DNA of 64,000 nucleotides from the NCBI GenBank assembly GCA_910585375.1, contig CAJUCZ010000004.1:10636-74635 (forward strand), read 5' to 3'. Below, in pieces: positions 36,342 to 45,505 of the stretch; the stretch's first letter is position 1; each line of letters starts with the position of its first letter. The position numbers and the translations under genes were made by a program. The notes beneath the pieces are model-generated. The model was given only the letters and a program-made list of their open reading frames with translations, ran no database searches and was not told the origin of the DNA. The DNA is from an uncultured Alphaproteobacteria bacterium (GTDB lineage Bacteria > Pseudomonadota > Alphaproteobacteria > RF32 > CAG-239).

Positions 36342-37925
36342 ATGAAAAAATATTATTTTAAAATAAGTTCGACAGGTTTTATCTTGCTTTCGGCTCTGGT
36401 TTCCGTTACTTTCAACTATACTTTTTTGGGCAAAATATATGCCGCTGCCGGAGTACTTTTTTGTCTGTTGACCGGAATCATCTTGTTTTGTATATTTTGC
36501 GGTGCTTATTCCTTGTTGTTTATAAAAAAAGCCGAAAAATGGCTGGCGGCATTTTTTATCATCGGCAACGGTGCCGCTTTATATTTTATGCAAACCTATA
36601 ATGTTGCTGTCGATAAAGTGATGATGCTCAATGTGTTTCAGACAGATGCTGCGGAGGTCAGCGGACTGCTGAGCACGGAGATGATTCTTTTTGCCGTATC
36701 CTTTTGTGGGTTGCCGTTGTTTTTACTATACAAAACCCGAATAGAATATTCGGACTTTAAGCGTGAAGTAAAAATCAGGCTGACTGTAATTGCTGCTTCC
36801 TTTATCTTGTCAGGGCTGATTATTTTGCCTTTTTCCGCCCGTCTTGATACTTTTGTACAAGAGCATAAAAGGCTTCTTTATACGTTAATGCCGAGTAATT
36901 ATATCGATTCGACCATGTCAGCGCTTAAAATCATACATAAACATCATGACTTCAAACCATTGGATAAAAAAGCGGAATTAAACAATTACTGGAAAGATAA
37001 CGGCCGTAAAAACCTGTTTATAGTGATTGTCGGGGAGAGTGCCCGTGCCGCAAATTTTTCGTTGAATGGCTATGAGCGCGATACCAATAAGGCTCTGAGG
37101 CCGTTTGCCGATGAGATGATGATCTTCAAAAAAGCCAAAGCCTGCGGCACGTCAACGGCCATCTCCGTACCTTGCCTGTTTTCGCCTTATGAAAGAATAA
37201 ACTTTGTTGCCGGTTCATCTTCCTATACCGAAAATGTTTTGGATGTGCTGGCTTATAACGGTTATCAACTTTTATGGCGGGAAAATAATTCCAGTTGTAA
37301 AGGCAACTGCAACCGTATTCCCACGGAGGTCTTCTGTCAAAACGGCAAGTGTTATGATGAGCTGATGAACGCCGGTATTGCCGAAAAGGCGCGGACAATG
37401 GGGGACAAAGCCGTGATTGTCCTGCACCAGCACGGCAGCCATGGTCCGGATTATTTCCTGCGCTATCCGGAAGAATATGAAATTTATAAACCGGTCTGCA
37501 AAGACGAGGTTCTGAAAAACTGCACGCTCGGGCAGATTCGCAACACCTATGACAACAGCATTGTATATACCAGCCATGTGGTGGCCGATTTGCTGAAAAA
37601 ACTGCAACCTCTGGAAGATGAATATAACCTTGCCGTTATATATACGTCGGATCACGGCGAATCTTTGGGAGAAGACGATATGTATCTTCATTCGGCCGTG
37701 TATGATTATGCGCCTGATTATCAGACCGAAGTGCCTTTTTGGGTATGGATGCCGGATTCAGCTGTCAAAAACATGAACTACAGCCGTTCCTGTCTGCGCC
37801 GTCAAAGTCAAAAGCAAATATCGCATGATAATATGTTTCATTCCCTGCTGGGGTTGGCCGGCGTGGAAATTGAACATTACCGTCCGGAGCTGGATATTTT
37901 TGCGCCTTGCCGGCAATCAAGATGA
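36342..37925 (+). CDS. phosphoethanolamine transferase (EptA/OpgE, sulfatase-domain)
   Basis: 5 N-terminal TM helices; sulfatase-domain motifs IVIVGESARAANF…HGSHGPDY…YTSDHGESLGE. Confidence 0.8.
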   Translation: MKKYYFKISSTGFILLSALVSVTFNYTFLGKIYAAAGVLFCLLTGIILFCIFCGAYSLLFIKKAEKWLAAFFIIGNGAALYFMQTYNVAVDKVMMLNVFQTDAAEVSGLLSTEMILFAVSFCGLPLFLLYKTRIEYSDFKREVKIRLTVIAASFILSGLIILPFSARLDTFVQEHKRLLYTLMPSNYIDSTMSALKIIHKHHDFKPLDKKAELNNYWKDNGRKNLFIVIVGESARAANFSLNGYERDTNKALRPFADEMMIFKKAKACGTSTAISVPCLFSPYERINFVAGSSSYTENVLDVLAYNGYQLLWRENNSSCKGNCNRIPTEVFCQNGKCYDELMNAGIAEKARTMGDKAVIVLHQHGSHGPDYFLRYPEEYEIYKPVCKDEVLKNCTLGQIRNTYDNSIVYTSHVVADLLKKLQPLEDEYNLAVIYTSDHGESLGEDDMYLHSAVYDYAPDYQTEVPFWVWMPDSAVKNMNYSRSCLRRQSQKQISHDNMFHSLLGLAGVEIEHYRPELDIFAPCRQSR

Positions 37926-37992
37926 TAATGCTGGATTTTTACGGAAGAAGCATTTATATTAAAACAAAATATTTTGGGAAAGGGGAGATGCG

Positions 37993-38382
37993 ATGCCTAA
38001 AAATGCCAGTCAGTTCGCGCTGATTGAAAAAATAAAATCTTTTGTAAAAAGTACCGGACGTTTTCTCGGAGCGGATGACAAGTCCAAAATTACCGAGAAT
38101 ATGGCGCGCAAAATTCAGCAGACGGCCTATGAAAAAAGCCTGACTGAGATAAAAGACGTTTATACGCCGCCGTATCTCGCCTTGGCCAAACAACTTGAAG
38201 TCGATAATTATCAGATTTTTTGTGCCGCTGTTTTTAACATGACCGAGATTGCCAAAAACAGCAGCAAACACCGCCGCGAAATTATTGAAATATTTGAAAA
38301 AGTTCAGAAGGAAGACAACCGGTCGCCGGAAATGGCGGAATATCTTGACGGGGCGTTAAAAGAACTGAAAAAATTAAAATAA
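37993..38382 (+). CDS. hypothetical protein (129 aa)
   Basis: RBS GGAAAGGGGAG before ATG; followed by bidirectional terminator ~38400-38440. Confidence 0.45.
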   Translation: MPKNASQFALIEKIKSFVKSTGRFLGADDKSKITENMARKIQQTAYEKSLTEIKDVYTPPYLALAKQLEVDNYQIFCAAVFNMTEIAKNSSKHRREIIEIFEKVQKEDNRSPEMAEYLDGALKELKKLK

Positions 38383-38454
38383 TCCGCTCTTCTTAAATAA
38401 AAAATCCGATTCCTTTTCAGAAACCGGATTTTTTTTGCAAAACTACTGTGCAGG

Positions 38455-39282
38455 TTATTTCAACTCGGCGGCTTTCATGGGCTTGCCGTTCAAATCATAT
38501 CTTTCGATTTTGGTGTTTTTGTTAATCTGCTCAAAAGTCTCTGCAATGGCGTTTTGTGTCAGACGCGCCTTAATCTGCGGTTCGACTTTGTTCAGCGGCA
38601 GCGGCTTGGTATCGCGAATGTCTTCAACCTTGATGATGTGATAACCAAACTGGGTCTTAACCGGTTTCTGCGAATATGTGCCTTTTTTCATTGCATTGGC
38701 GGCATCCCAGAATTCGGGGACCATCACGCCTTTGTTAAAATAACCAAGCTCAGCTTGTTTGTCTAAAGAATATTTGTCTGCCAAAGTATTAAACTTTTCG
38801 CCTTTTTTCAATTTGGCAATAATCTCTTGAGCCGTAGCTTCGTCTTTTACCAGAATGTGAGAAGCTTTGATTTCTTTTTCGGGTTGGAAGTTTGCCTTAT
38901 ATCCCTTGTAAAATTCTTCAATGGCTTTTGGGGTAACTTTTTTCTCTACCTTCTTTTCCAGATAAATCTTGCGGGCCAGTTCTTCCTGAGCAAGTTTCAG
39001 TTGTTGTTTATATTCGGCAGAGGAGGTTACGTTGTCTTCTTGGGCAGCCTGATAAAGTACGGCGCCGTTAACATAAACTTCGACCGCTTTCGGATAAAAC
39101 TCGTCAAACGGAACTTTTTTCTTCAAATCGGGATTGGCGTTATAAGCTTCTCTGATTTCGGCAACGGTAATTTTCTGTCCGTTAACCACGGCGGCAACGC
39201 CGTTTTTTCCCTCGGCCGCGGCATTGAGCGGATTCAGAAGCATAACGGAAACGGCAGCCAGAGCCAGATATTTCTTTTGCAT
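38455..39282 (-). CDS. parvulin-type peptidyl-prolyl cis-trans isomerase (SurA/PpiC-like)
   Basis: signal peptide; PpiC domain IKASHILVKDEATAQEIIAKLKKGEKF…GYHIIKVED. Confidence 0.8.
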   Translation of the reverse strand: MQKKYLALAAVSVMLLNPLNAAAEGKNGVAAVVNGQKITVAEIREAYNANPDLKKKVPFDEFYPKAVEVYVNGAVLYQAAQEDNVTSSAEYKQQLKLAQEELARKIYLEKKVEKKVTPKAIEEFYKGYKANFQPEKEIKASHILVKDEATAQEIIAKLKKGEKFNTLADKYSLDKQAELGYFNKGVMVPEFWDAANAMKKGTYSQKPVKTQFGYHIIKVEDIRDTKPLPLNKVEPQIKARLTQNAIAETFEQINKNTKIERYDLNGKPMKAAELK

Positions 39283-39460
39283 ATTATAAATTCCTCCAAA
39301 TAGAATATTAGAACTAAATCAAATATAATACAACCGGAGCTATTTCCAAGCATTTTTTTCATGAACGTTCATAACTTTTCAAAGACAAGTTGACAATCCG
39401 GCCAATAAACACTATTTCTAAACTAAAGTTATGTTTCAAAAGAATAAGGTATAAAAAATA

Positions 39461-42190
39461 ATGTTAGGTAGTATCGCTCGTAAAGTTTTTGGCAGCGCCA
39501 ATGACCGCTTTGTAAAAAAACAGTACAAACTCGTCCAGAAAATCAATTCTTATGAACCCGAAATCTCCAAATTAAGCGATGAAGAATTAAAAAATAAAAC
39601 GCTGGAATTTAAAAAGCGCCTGAAAGAAGGGGAAACGCTGGATGATTTGCTGCCCGAAGCCTTTGCCGTTGTCCGCGAAGCCGCAAAGAGAACGCTCGGA
39701 CAAAGACATTACGATGTCCAGCTGATCGGGGGTATTGTCCTGCATAAAGGCATGATAGCCGAAATGAAGACCGGTGAAGGCAAGACCCTTGTCGCTACAT
39801 TGGCGGCATATCTGAATGCCCTTGAAGGCAAAGGCGTTCATATCGTGACCGTCAATGATTATCTGGCCAAACGCGATGCCGAATGGATGGGGCAGGTATA
39901 TCGTTTTCTCGGCTTGAGCGTTGACTATATTATTCATGAAAAAAATGATATGGAGCGCAAAATTGCCTATAACAGCGATATTATCTATGCCACGAATAAC
40001 GAACTGGGTTTTGATTATCTGCGTGATAATATGAAATTCAGCCTTGATGAATTGGTACAGCGCCCGTTCAATTTTGCCATCGTTGATGAGGTTGATTCCA
40101 TTCTGATTGACGAGGCCAGAACCCCGCTTATTATCTCCGGCGCCGCCGAAGACAGTTCTGAAAAATATATTTTGGTCAATCAGATTATTCCCGAGTTGGT
40201 AGACAGCGATTATGAAAAAGATGAAAAGGCCAAATCCGTTACTTTGACGGAAAGCGGTATGGAACACGTTGAACAGCTGCTCAAAAAAGTCGGTCTGATT
40301 AAAGAAGGCGGCTTATACGATATCGGTAACGTTACGCTGGTTCATCACGTCAATCAGGCGTTGCGCGCACATAAAATGCATATCCGTGACGTTGATTATA
40401 TCGTCAAAGATAATAAAGTGGTTATTATTGACGAGTTTACCGGCCGTATGATGGAAGGGCGCCGCTACAGTGACGGCCTGCATCAGGCGATTGAAGCCAA
40501 AGAAGGCGTTAAAATCCAGTCAGAAAACCAAACGCTGGCATCCATTACGTTCCAAAACTATTTCCGCCTTTATCCCAAACTCTCCGGTATGACCGGCACA
40601 GCCATGACCGAAGAAGCCGAGTTCGGCGATATTTACAATCTGTCCTGTGTCGAAATTCCGACCAACCGTTCAGTTGCCCGCAAAGATGAACATGATGAGA
40701 TTTATCGGACGGCGCGCGAAAAATACAATGCGATTATTGATACGATTATCGACTGCCAAAAACGCGGTCAGCCGATTCTGGTCGGTACGACCTCGATTGA
40801 GAAGTCGGAACTTCTGGCCGATATGCTGAAAGCCAAATCCAAAATCAAATTTGAAGTTTTGAATGCGCGCCATCATGAACGCGAAGCCGCAATCGTTGCT
40901 CAGGCCGGTGTTCCGGGAGCCGTTACCATTGCAACCAATATGGCCGGCCGCGGTACCGATATCCAGCTTGGCGGCAACTTGGAAATGCGCCTGAAAGAAA
41001 TGCTGAAAGGCGATGAGACCGAAGAGCAAATTGCCGGTATCAAAGAAAAACTGAAAAAACAAATCGCCGAAGATAAAGAAAAGGCAATGGCAGCCGGCGG
41101 TTTGTACGTCTTGGGAACGGAGCGCCATGAAAGCCGACGCATTGACAATCAGCTGCGCGGCCGATCCGGACGTCAGGGCGACCCCGGAACTTCTAAGTTC
41201 TTCCTGTCTTTGGAAGATGACCTGATGCGGATCTTCGGTTCCGAAAGAATGAGCAATATGTTGCAAAAATTAGGCTTGCCGGAAGGCGAAGCCCTGATTC
41301 ACCCGTGGATTAACAAGGCCTTGGAAAAAGCTCAGCAAAAAGTGGAAGAACGCAACTTTGACATTCGTAAAAACCTGCTGAAATATGACAATGTCATGAA
41401 TGATCAGCGAAAGGTAATTTATGAGCAGCGCCATGAACTGATGGAAGCTGAAGATGTGGCTGAAACAGTTGCCGAAATGCGTGAAGACTATCTTGCCGAT
41501 GTTATCCATAATTATATTCCGTATGGAGCTTCTCCAAGTGAGTGGCGTCCGGAAGAATTAAAGCAGGAAATTACACGTATTACCGGATTTGTACTTCCGA
41601 TTGGCGAATGGGCTGCACAGCCGGAAGCCGAAGCCGCTCAGATTGAAGAATATATTCAGGATGCTGTCCGTAAAGGTCTGGCAGAAAAGAACCGTTTTGT
41701 TCCGGCGGAATTAATGCATTTGGTAGAAAAAAGCATTTTGCTTCAGGTGCTTGACCAGCTTTGGAAAGAGCATATTGCCACTTTGGACATGATGCGCCAT
41801 ACCATTGTTCTGAGAGCTTACGGCCAGAAGGATCCGTTGAATGAGTATAAAAAGGAAGCGTTCAAAATGTTCTCTCTGATGCTGGATCAGTTGCGCGAAA
41901 AAACAACTTTCCTGCTGTGTCGGGCTCAAATTCAGAATGACGCGATAGATGCTCTGCGCGCACAAGAACAAAAGGCTCAAAATGTTCAGGAAATCCATGA
42001 ACAGCCGGAAGCTTTGGTTGGCGGTGATGCCCGCCTGCAAAATCCGGCAGCAGAGAAAGCCGAGCCTTTCCGCTACAGTAACGAACCTTTTGACCCGAAC
42101 CGTCCGGAAACCTGGGGTAGAATTTCCCGTAATGACCCATGTCCTTGCGGCAGCGGCAAAAAGTTCAAACATTGCCACGGTAAACTATAG
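39461..42190 (+). CDS. secA: preprotein translocase ATPase SecA
   Basis: DEAD-motor motifs ([27 protein letters not shown]), C-terminal zinc finger [14 protein letters not shown]. Confidence 0.97.
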   Translation: MLGSIARKVFGSANDRFVKKQYKLVQKINSYEPEISKLSDEELKNKTLEFKKRLKEGETLDDLLPEAFAVVREAAKRTLGQRHYDVQLIGGIVLHKGMIAEMKTGEGKTLVATLAAYLNALEGKGVHIVTVNDYLAKRDAEWMGQVYRFLGLSVDYIIHEKNDMERKIAYNSDIIYATNNELGFDYLRDNMKFSLDELVQRPFNFAIVDEVDSILIDEARTPLIISGAAEDSSEKYILVNQIIPELVDSDYEKDEKAKSVTLTESGMEHVEQLLKKVGLIKEGGLYDIGNVTLVHHVNQALRAHKMHIRDVDYIVKDNKVVIIDEFTGRMMEGRRYSDGLHQAIEAKEGVKIQSENQTLASITFQNYFRLYPKLSGMTGTAMTEEAEFGDIYNLSCVEIPTNRSVARKDEHDEIYRTAREKYNAIIDTIIDCQKRGQPILVGTTSIEKSELLADMLKAKSKIKFEVLNARHHEREAAIVAQAGVPGAVTIATNMAGRGTDIQLGGNLEMRLKEMLKGDETEEQIAGIKEKLKKQIAEDKEKAMAAGGLYVLGTERHESRRIDNQLRGRSGRQGDPGTSKFFLSLEDDLMRIFGSERMSNMLQKLGLPEGEALIHPWINKALEKAQQKVEERNFDIRKNLLKYDNVMNDQRKVIYEQRHELMEAEDVAETVAEMREDYLADVIHNYIPYGASPSEWRPEELKQEITRITGFVLPIGEWAAQPEAEAAQIEEYIQDAVRKGLAEKNRFVPAELMHLVEKSILLQVLDQLWKEHIATLDMMRHTIVLRAYGQKDPLNEYKKEAFKMFSLMLDQLREKTTFLLCRAQIQNDAIDALRAQEQKAQNVQEIHEQPEALVGGDARLQNPAAEKAEPFRYSNEPFDPNRPETWGRISRNDPCPCGSGKKFKHCHGKL

Positions 42191-42199
42191 AAAGCATCT

Positions 42200-42230
42200 C
42201 GGTCTGTTATGAACTGTCCTCCCAAACAGG
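42200..42230. repeat. perfect 10-bp-stem hairpin GAACTGTCCT-cccaaac-AGGACAGTTC between convergent secA and Cys-rich gene (no T-run)
   Basis: seen directly. Confidence 0.6.
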
Positions 42231-42284
42231 ACAGTTCAGCACGGCCAAGGGATTTTAAGGAAAAAATAGGGAGGAGTTCATGTT

Positions 42285-43415
42285 CTAATAACATGTAAAC
42301 TCAGCACTTATACCGCCCCAAGAGCAACCAATAAATTCTGCGTTGTTGCAGCTTGATAATGCGCTGCTGCAATTGCTAAAGCCGATACCTGAAAATTTAA
42401 AAGCACAGTCATTATAGCGGCCACAGTAGGAACCAATATCATCACAACAACTCATATGGTAGCCTGGATTACTGGGAGAGCAGCCGTAACCGCCGCATTG
42501 CGGATCACAAGAATCAATAGAGCCGTCTTTGCAGCAGTCGCCATGACATGTAGAATGGACGGAGCACCAGTTGGAAGAGGACGAGTTGCAGCAAGAAGAA
42601 CACCTTTTGCAAGTCCCCCCGCAACCATCGGAAATCGTGTAAGAGCCGCAGGAACAAGAGCTTGTGGTATCGGAACAGCTTGGCGTACAACAAGCTTGAT
42701 AAGGATAATAACAAGTTTTATCCCCGCATCCATTTTTGGTCGAACCGCCACAACCTCCGGGGTTGGAAGTTGAAGTACCTGACGGGCAGTTAGGGTTGCA
42801 GGTGTAATAACAGGTATACTCGCAGCCATCGGTACCGTTCATGCCGTAGGATGAAGAAGTTAAAGACGTATAAGCCGGACAATCAGACGGCGTACAGCAG
42901 GTGCCGTAGGATGAATCGTAAGTACAACGACCGGAGTTCTTTTTAAGCTTCTGACCTGACGGACAGGTTTTGGTATATTTGAGTTCCTTACAAGCCCGTT
43001 GATTGTCTCTTTTACAACCTTTGTATAAAGTTGCGAAACTTGGGCAAGGCTGGTCAACATAGTTCGGGATAGAACAAGTTGTCGTGTTATAACCGTTTTG
43101 CTGACACCAGGTCTTTGCGTCACATTTGAGGTAATAGTCGTCAAAAGGGCATGTATCCGTCACAGCCTGGTACTGCGGACATTTACCGGAAGCGTAATAG
43201 GTAAAGCCTTCTTTTTCACATTTATCGGTATCAATGTTGGGATTAGGGTTAGGCCCCGGAAAAACGCCGTCTTCATCGCCGCAGTCCGGCAGGAAGCAGA
43301 CGCCACAATAAGCATTGGAAGGTGGGAGGAAGACCGAGAAAGCAGCGGCCACAGCCAAGACTGATACCGCAGAGTTTAGTTTCATGTGTAGCATATTTCT
43401 GTTAATGTTTTTCAT
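42285..43415 (-). CDS. secreted cysteine/glycine/serine-rich protein (376 aa), paralog of 16479-17678
   Basis: start set to ATG 43415 with RBS GGGAGGAAGCCG (not upstream ATG 43454); signal peptide; conserved N-terminal 230 aa, divergent C-terminal region. Confidence 0.7.
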   Translation of the reverse strand: MKNINRNMLHMKLNSAVSVLAVAAAFSVFLPPSNAYCGVCFLPDCGDEDGVFPGPNPNPNIDTDKCEKEGFTYYASGKCPQYQAVTDTCPFDDYYLKCDAKTWCQQNGYNTTTCSIPNYVDQPCPSFATLYKGCKRDNQRACKELKYTKTCPSGQKLKKNSGRCTYDSSYGTCCTPSDCPAYTSLTSSSYGMNGTDGCEYTCYYTCNPNCPSGTSTSNPGGCGGSTKNGCGDKTCYYPYQACCTPSCSDTTSSCSCGSYTISDGCGGTCKRCSSCCNSSSSNWCSVHSTCHGDCCKDGSIDSCDPQCGGYGCSPSNPGYHMSCCDDIGSYCGRYNDCAFKFSGIGFSNCSSALSSCNNAEFIGCSWGGISAEFTCY

Positions 43416-43557
43416 CGGCTTCCTCCCATAATAAAAATTCTTTTCAAAGCACATACTTTGTCATAATTAACTGCTGAAGCAACGCAGGTTCTAAGACACT
43501 GTATAAACCGATCGCTGCCGACGTTCGGCCACCTGTCGTGCAGGTGACAATGAAGAT

Positions 43558-43617
43558 ACTATAGCACAATAAAATACCTGTGTCAATATGCAATGAAAAG
43601 TCGAGTAGAGATTTTGG
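43558..43617 (-). promoter_or_regulatory. sigma70 promoter of Cys-rich gene 2 (TTGACA-17-TATAGT) with conserved upstream box
   Basis: -10 43558-43563, -35 43581-43586; box CCAAAATCTCTACTCGACTTTTCATT (minus strand) ~27/28 identical to gene-1 box. Confidence 0.6.
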
Positions 43618-43774
43618 CTAATAAAAGAAAATTGCAAAGTTAAAAAGGCAAAATAAGTTCAACAAAAAAAGGAGGTTTCACCTCCTTTTTTATAATGTAC
43701 CATACGATACCGGAGCAAAACGGTATACCTGATGATAAATTTACCGCTCTGTTTGCCTTTTTTTTTAACTTTGG

Positions 43775-44008
43775 TTACATTTTTTTGCCGGATTTTTTTT
43801 CAAGAGCCTGATTAACAGCTTTGCGGGCATTAAAATTGGCGTTAAACATTGCATTATATTGATGCAATGGTGCATTTGCCTGAATCCAGACCAAGTCTTC
43901 GCAATAAAGGGAATAGAGCTTTTTCAGTTTTTCCGTAGAGAGTTGATCAAGTTTGGTCAAGCCTCCCAAGTTGATAATTTCCTGATGAATTTCTTTTCGC
44001 GTTCTCAT
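43775..44008 (-). CDS. hypothetical small protein (77 aa)
   Basis: ORF only. Confidence 0.25.
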   Translation of the reverse strand: MRTRKEIHQEIINLGGLTKLDQLSTEKLKKLYSLYCEDLVWIQANAPLHQYNAMFNANFNARKAVNQALEKKSGKKM

Positions 44009-44128
44009 GTTATTGTCGTTTTGAAATTAAACACTAAATCACCAAGAATATATTCTTGGAATAATATAAATACTAATAAATGAAGAAGTCAGCAGATTAG
44101 CAAGGCAGAAAAATTAAGTCAAGAATTT

Positions 44129-45505
44129 TTATAAATTCTTTTCATAATCATCAATTCTTGCTAACAAATCATTAAGTTTAAGCCGAAGTTTTTTGTTTCC
44201 GGCGGCTTGCCTCAGAGCATTTTCGGCCTGCCGTCTGGCGGCTTTAAATTCTCCGATGCCGAGACTGAATTCGGCAGCTGTATATTCTGCATATTCCCTT
44301 TGCCCCAAACCTTCATAAGCGCGGGAAAGCAGCATATAAATCAGACTCCCCGGCCTTTGTACGGCAGCCTGATTCAGTTGATTGACAATTTTTTGCAATT
44401 TGCTTTTGTCCGGAGAAGTTTCCAAAGCCGCCTGCGCCCAGTTGACCTTGAACAGAGCCGAGTTGGGCATAAGGGATAATGCTTTTTCATATTCCGCCTC
44501 GGCCTGTCTGACCTTGCCGTTTTCAATGTAAATCTGGCCTTTTAACTCATGAAAATACGGATTGTCCGGCTCTCTGGCAATCAGTTCGTCAGCGTTGCGC
44601 AAAGCCTGTTGAAGTTTCATTTGCTTAAAATAGGCGATCGTACGGGCGTACAATGCCGGAGTGGACGAATCCGACGCCGGATATTTACGGAGTGTCTGAG
44701 TTGGAGTTTCCAAAAAGCCGGTAAGCTTGGCTTTAATCCTGTCAAACTTGTCGTCTTTGACGGATAAAGCCGAAACGCCCGATTCTTTGACGGCTTGTTC
44801 CAAGAATGAAATTCTTTCCTTTGTCATCGGGTGCGTTCGGAAATAGGGCATTTCTTCTCGTCCGCTCATAATATTGCGCTGCTCGATTTTTTTCATAAAA
44901 TCAAGCATTCCGGCCGGAGATTTGTGATTGGCCTTTAACAATTTGACGGCAGCCTCGTCCGCACTTCTTTCTTCGCTGGTCCGGTAATTCAAAAACTGGT
45001 TGAGCGTCGCCCCCTGACTGCCGACCGCCATTGCCATGGCTACATCGCCGCGTCCGCCCAAAACTGCGGCGGCACCGGCAAGAACAGCCGAGGCCAGCCC
45101 GATTTTTTGTAAAGACTGGGCTTGAATTTTTCCGCGCAAAATATGTCCGCCTTCAATATGTCCGATTTCGTGGGCTATAACGCCTTCAAGCTCGTTGCGG
45201 CTGTCAGCGGCGGTAATGGTTCCTGTATGCACAAAAAGATTGTTGCCGTCGCCGACAAAAGCATTCAGGCTGTTATCCTGCACGATATAAAGCTTGTTGC
45301 GGTTAAAAGGAATTCCGGCGGATTTGAAAAACGGTCTGGCCGTATCGGCAAGAAACTGCTCGGTTTCTTCGTCAGAAATAATGATAATCGCCTGAGCGTT
45401 CCTGCATTCAAAAGCCAAAAAGGCCAACAGCAGAAAAATTCCGCTGTTAAGCCTTTTCAGCCAGTGTCTGAAAGAAGTTAACCTTTTATCAGTTTTTTCC
45501 ACCAA
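44129..45505 (-). CDS. M48 family periplasmic metalloprotease with TPR repeats (BepA-like)
   Basis: signal peptide; HEIGHIEGGH zinc motif; C-terminal TPR-like region. Confidence 0.8.
   Translation of the reverse strand: MVEKTDKRLTSFRHWLKRLNSGIFLLLAFLAFECRNAQAIIIISDEETEQFLADTARPFFKSAGIPFNRNKLYIVQDNSLNAFVGDGNNLFVHTGTITAADSRNELEGVIAHEIGHIEGGHILRGKIQAQSLQKIGLASAVLAGAAAVLGGRGDVAMAMAVGSQGATLNQFLNYRTSEERSADEAAVKLLKANHKSPAGMLDFMKKIEQRNIMSGREEMPYFRTHPMTKERISFLEQAVKESGVSALSVKDDKFDRIKAKLTGFLETPTQTLRKYPASDSSTPALYARTIAYFKQMKLQQALRNADELIAREPDNPYFHELKGQIYIENGKVRQAEAEYEKALSLMPNSALFKVNWAQAALETSPDKSKLQKIVNQLNQAAVQRPGSLIYMLLSRAYEGLGQREYAEYTAAEFSLGIGEFKAARRQAENALRQAAGNKKLRLKLNDLLARIDDYEKNL

Noticed and set aside
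40670-41266. 198-aa minus-strand ORF inside secA and similar antisense ORFs (18210-18851, 22603-23322, 50524-50985, 57528-58088, 13358-13852)
   Set aside because: All lie wholly within strongly supported conserved genes on the opposite strand; shadow ORFs.
43415-43454. Upstream ATG (43454) extending Cys-rich gene 2 by 13 codons (MCFEKNFYYGRKP)
   Set aside because: The extension spans the GGGAGGAAGCCG RBS that is conserved in front of the paralog's start; downstream ATG 43415 gives matching signal peptides.
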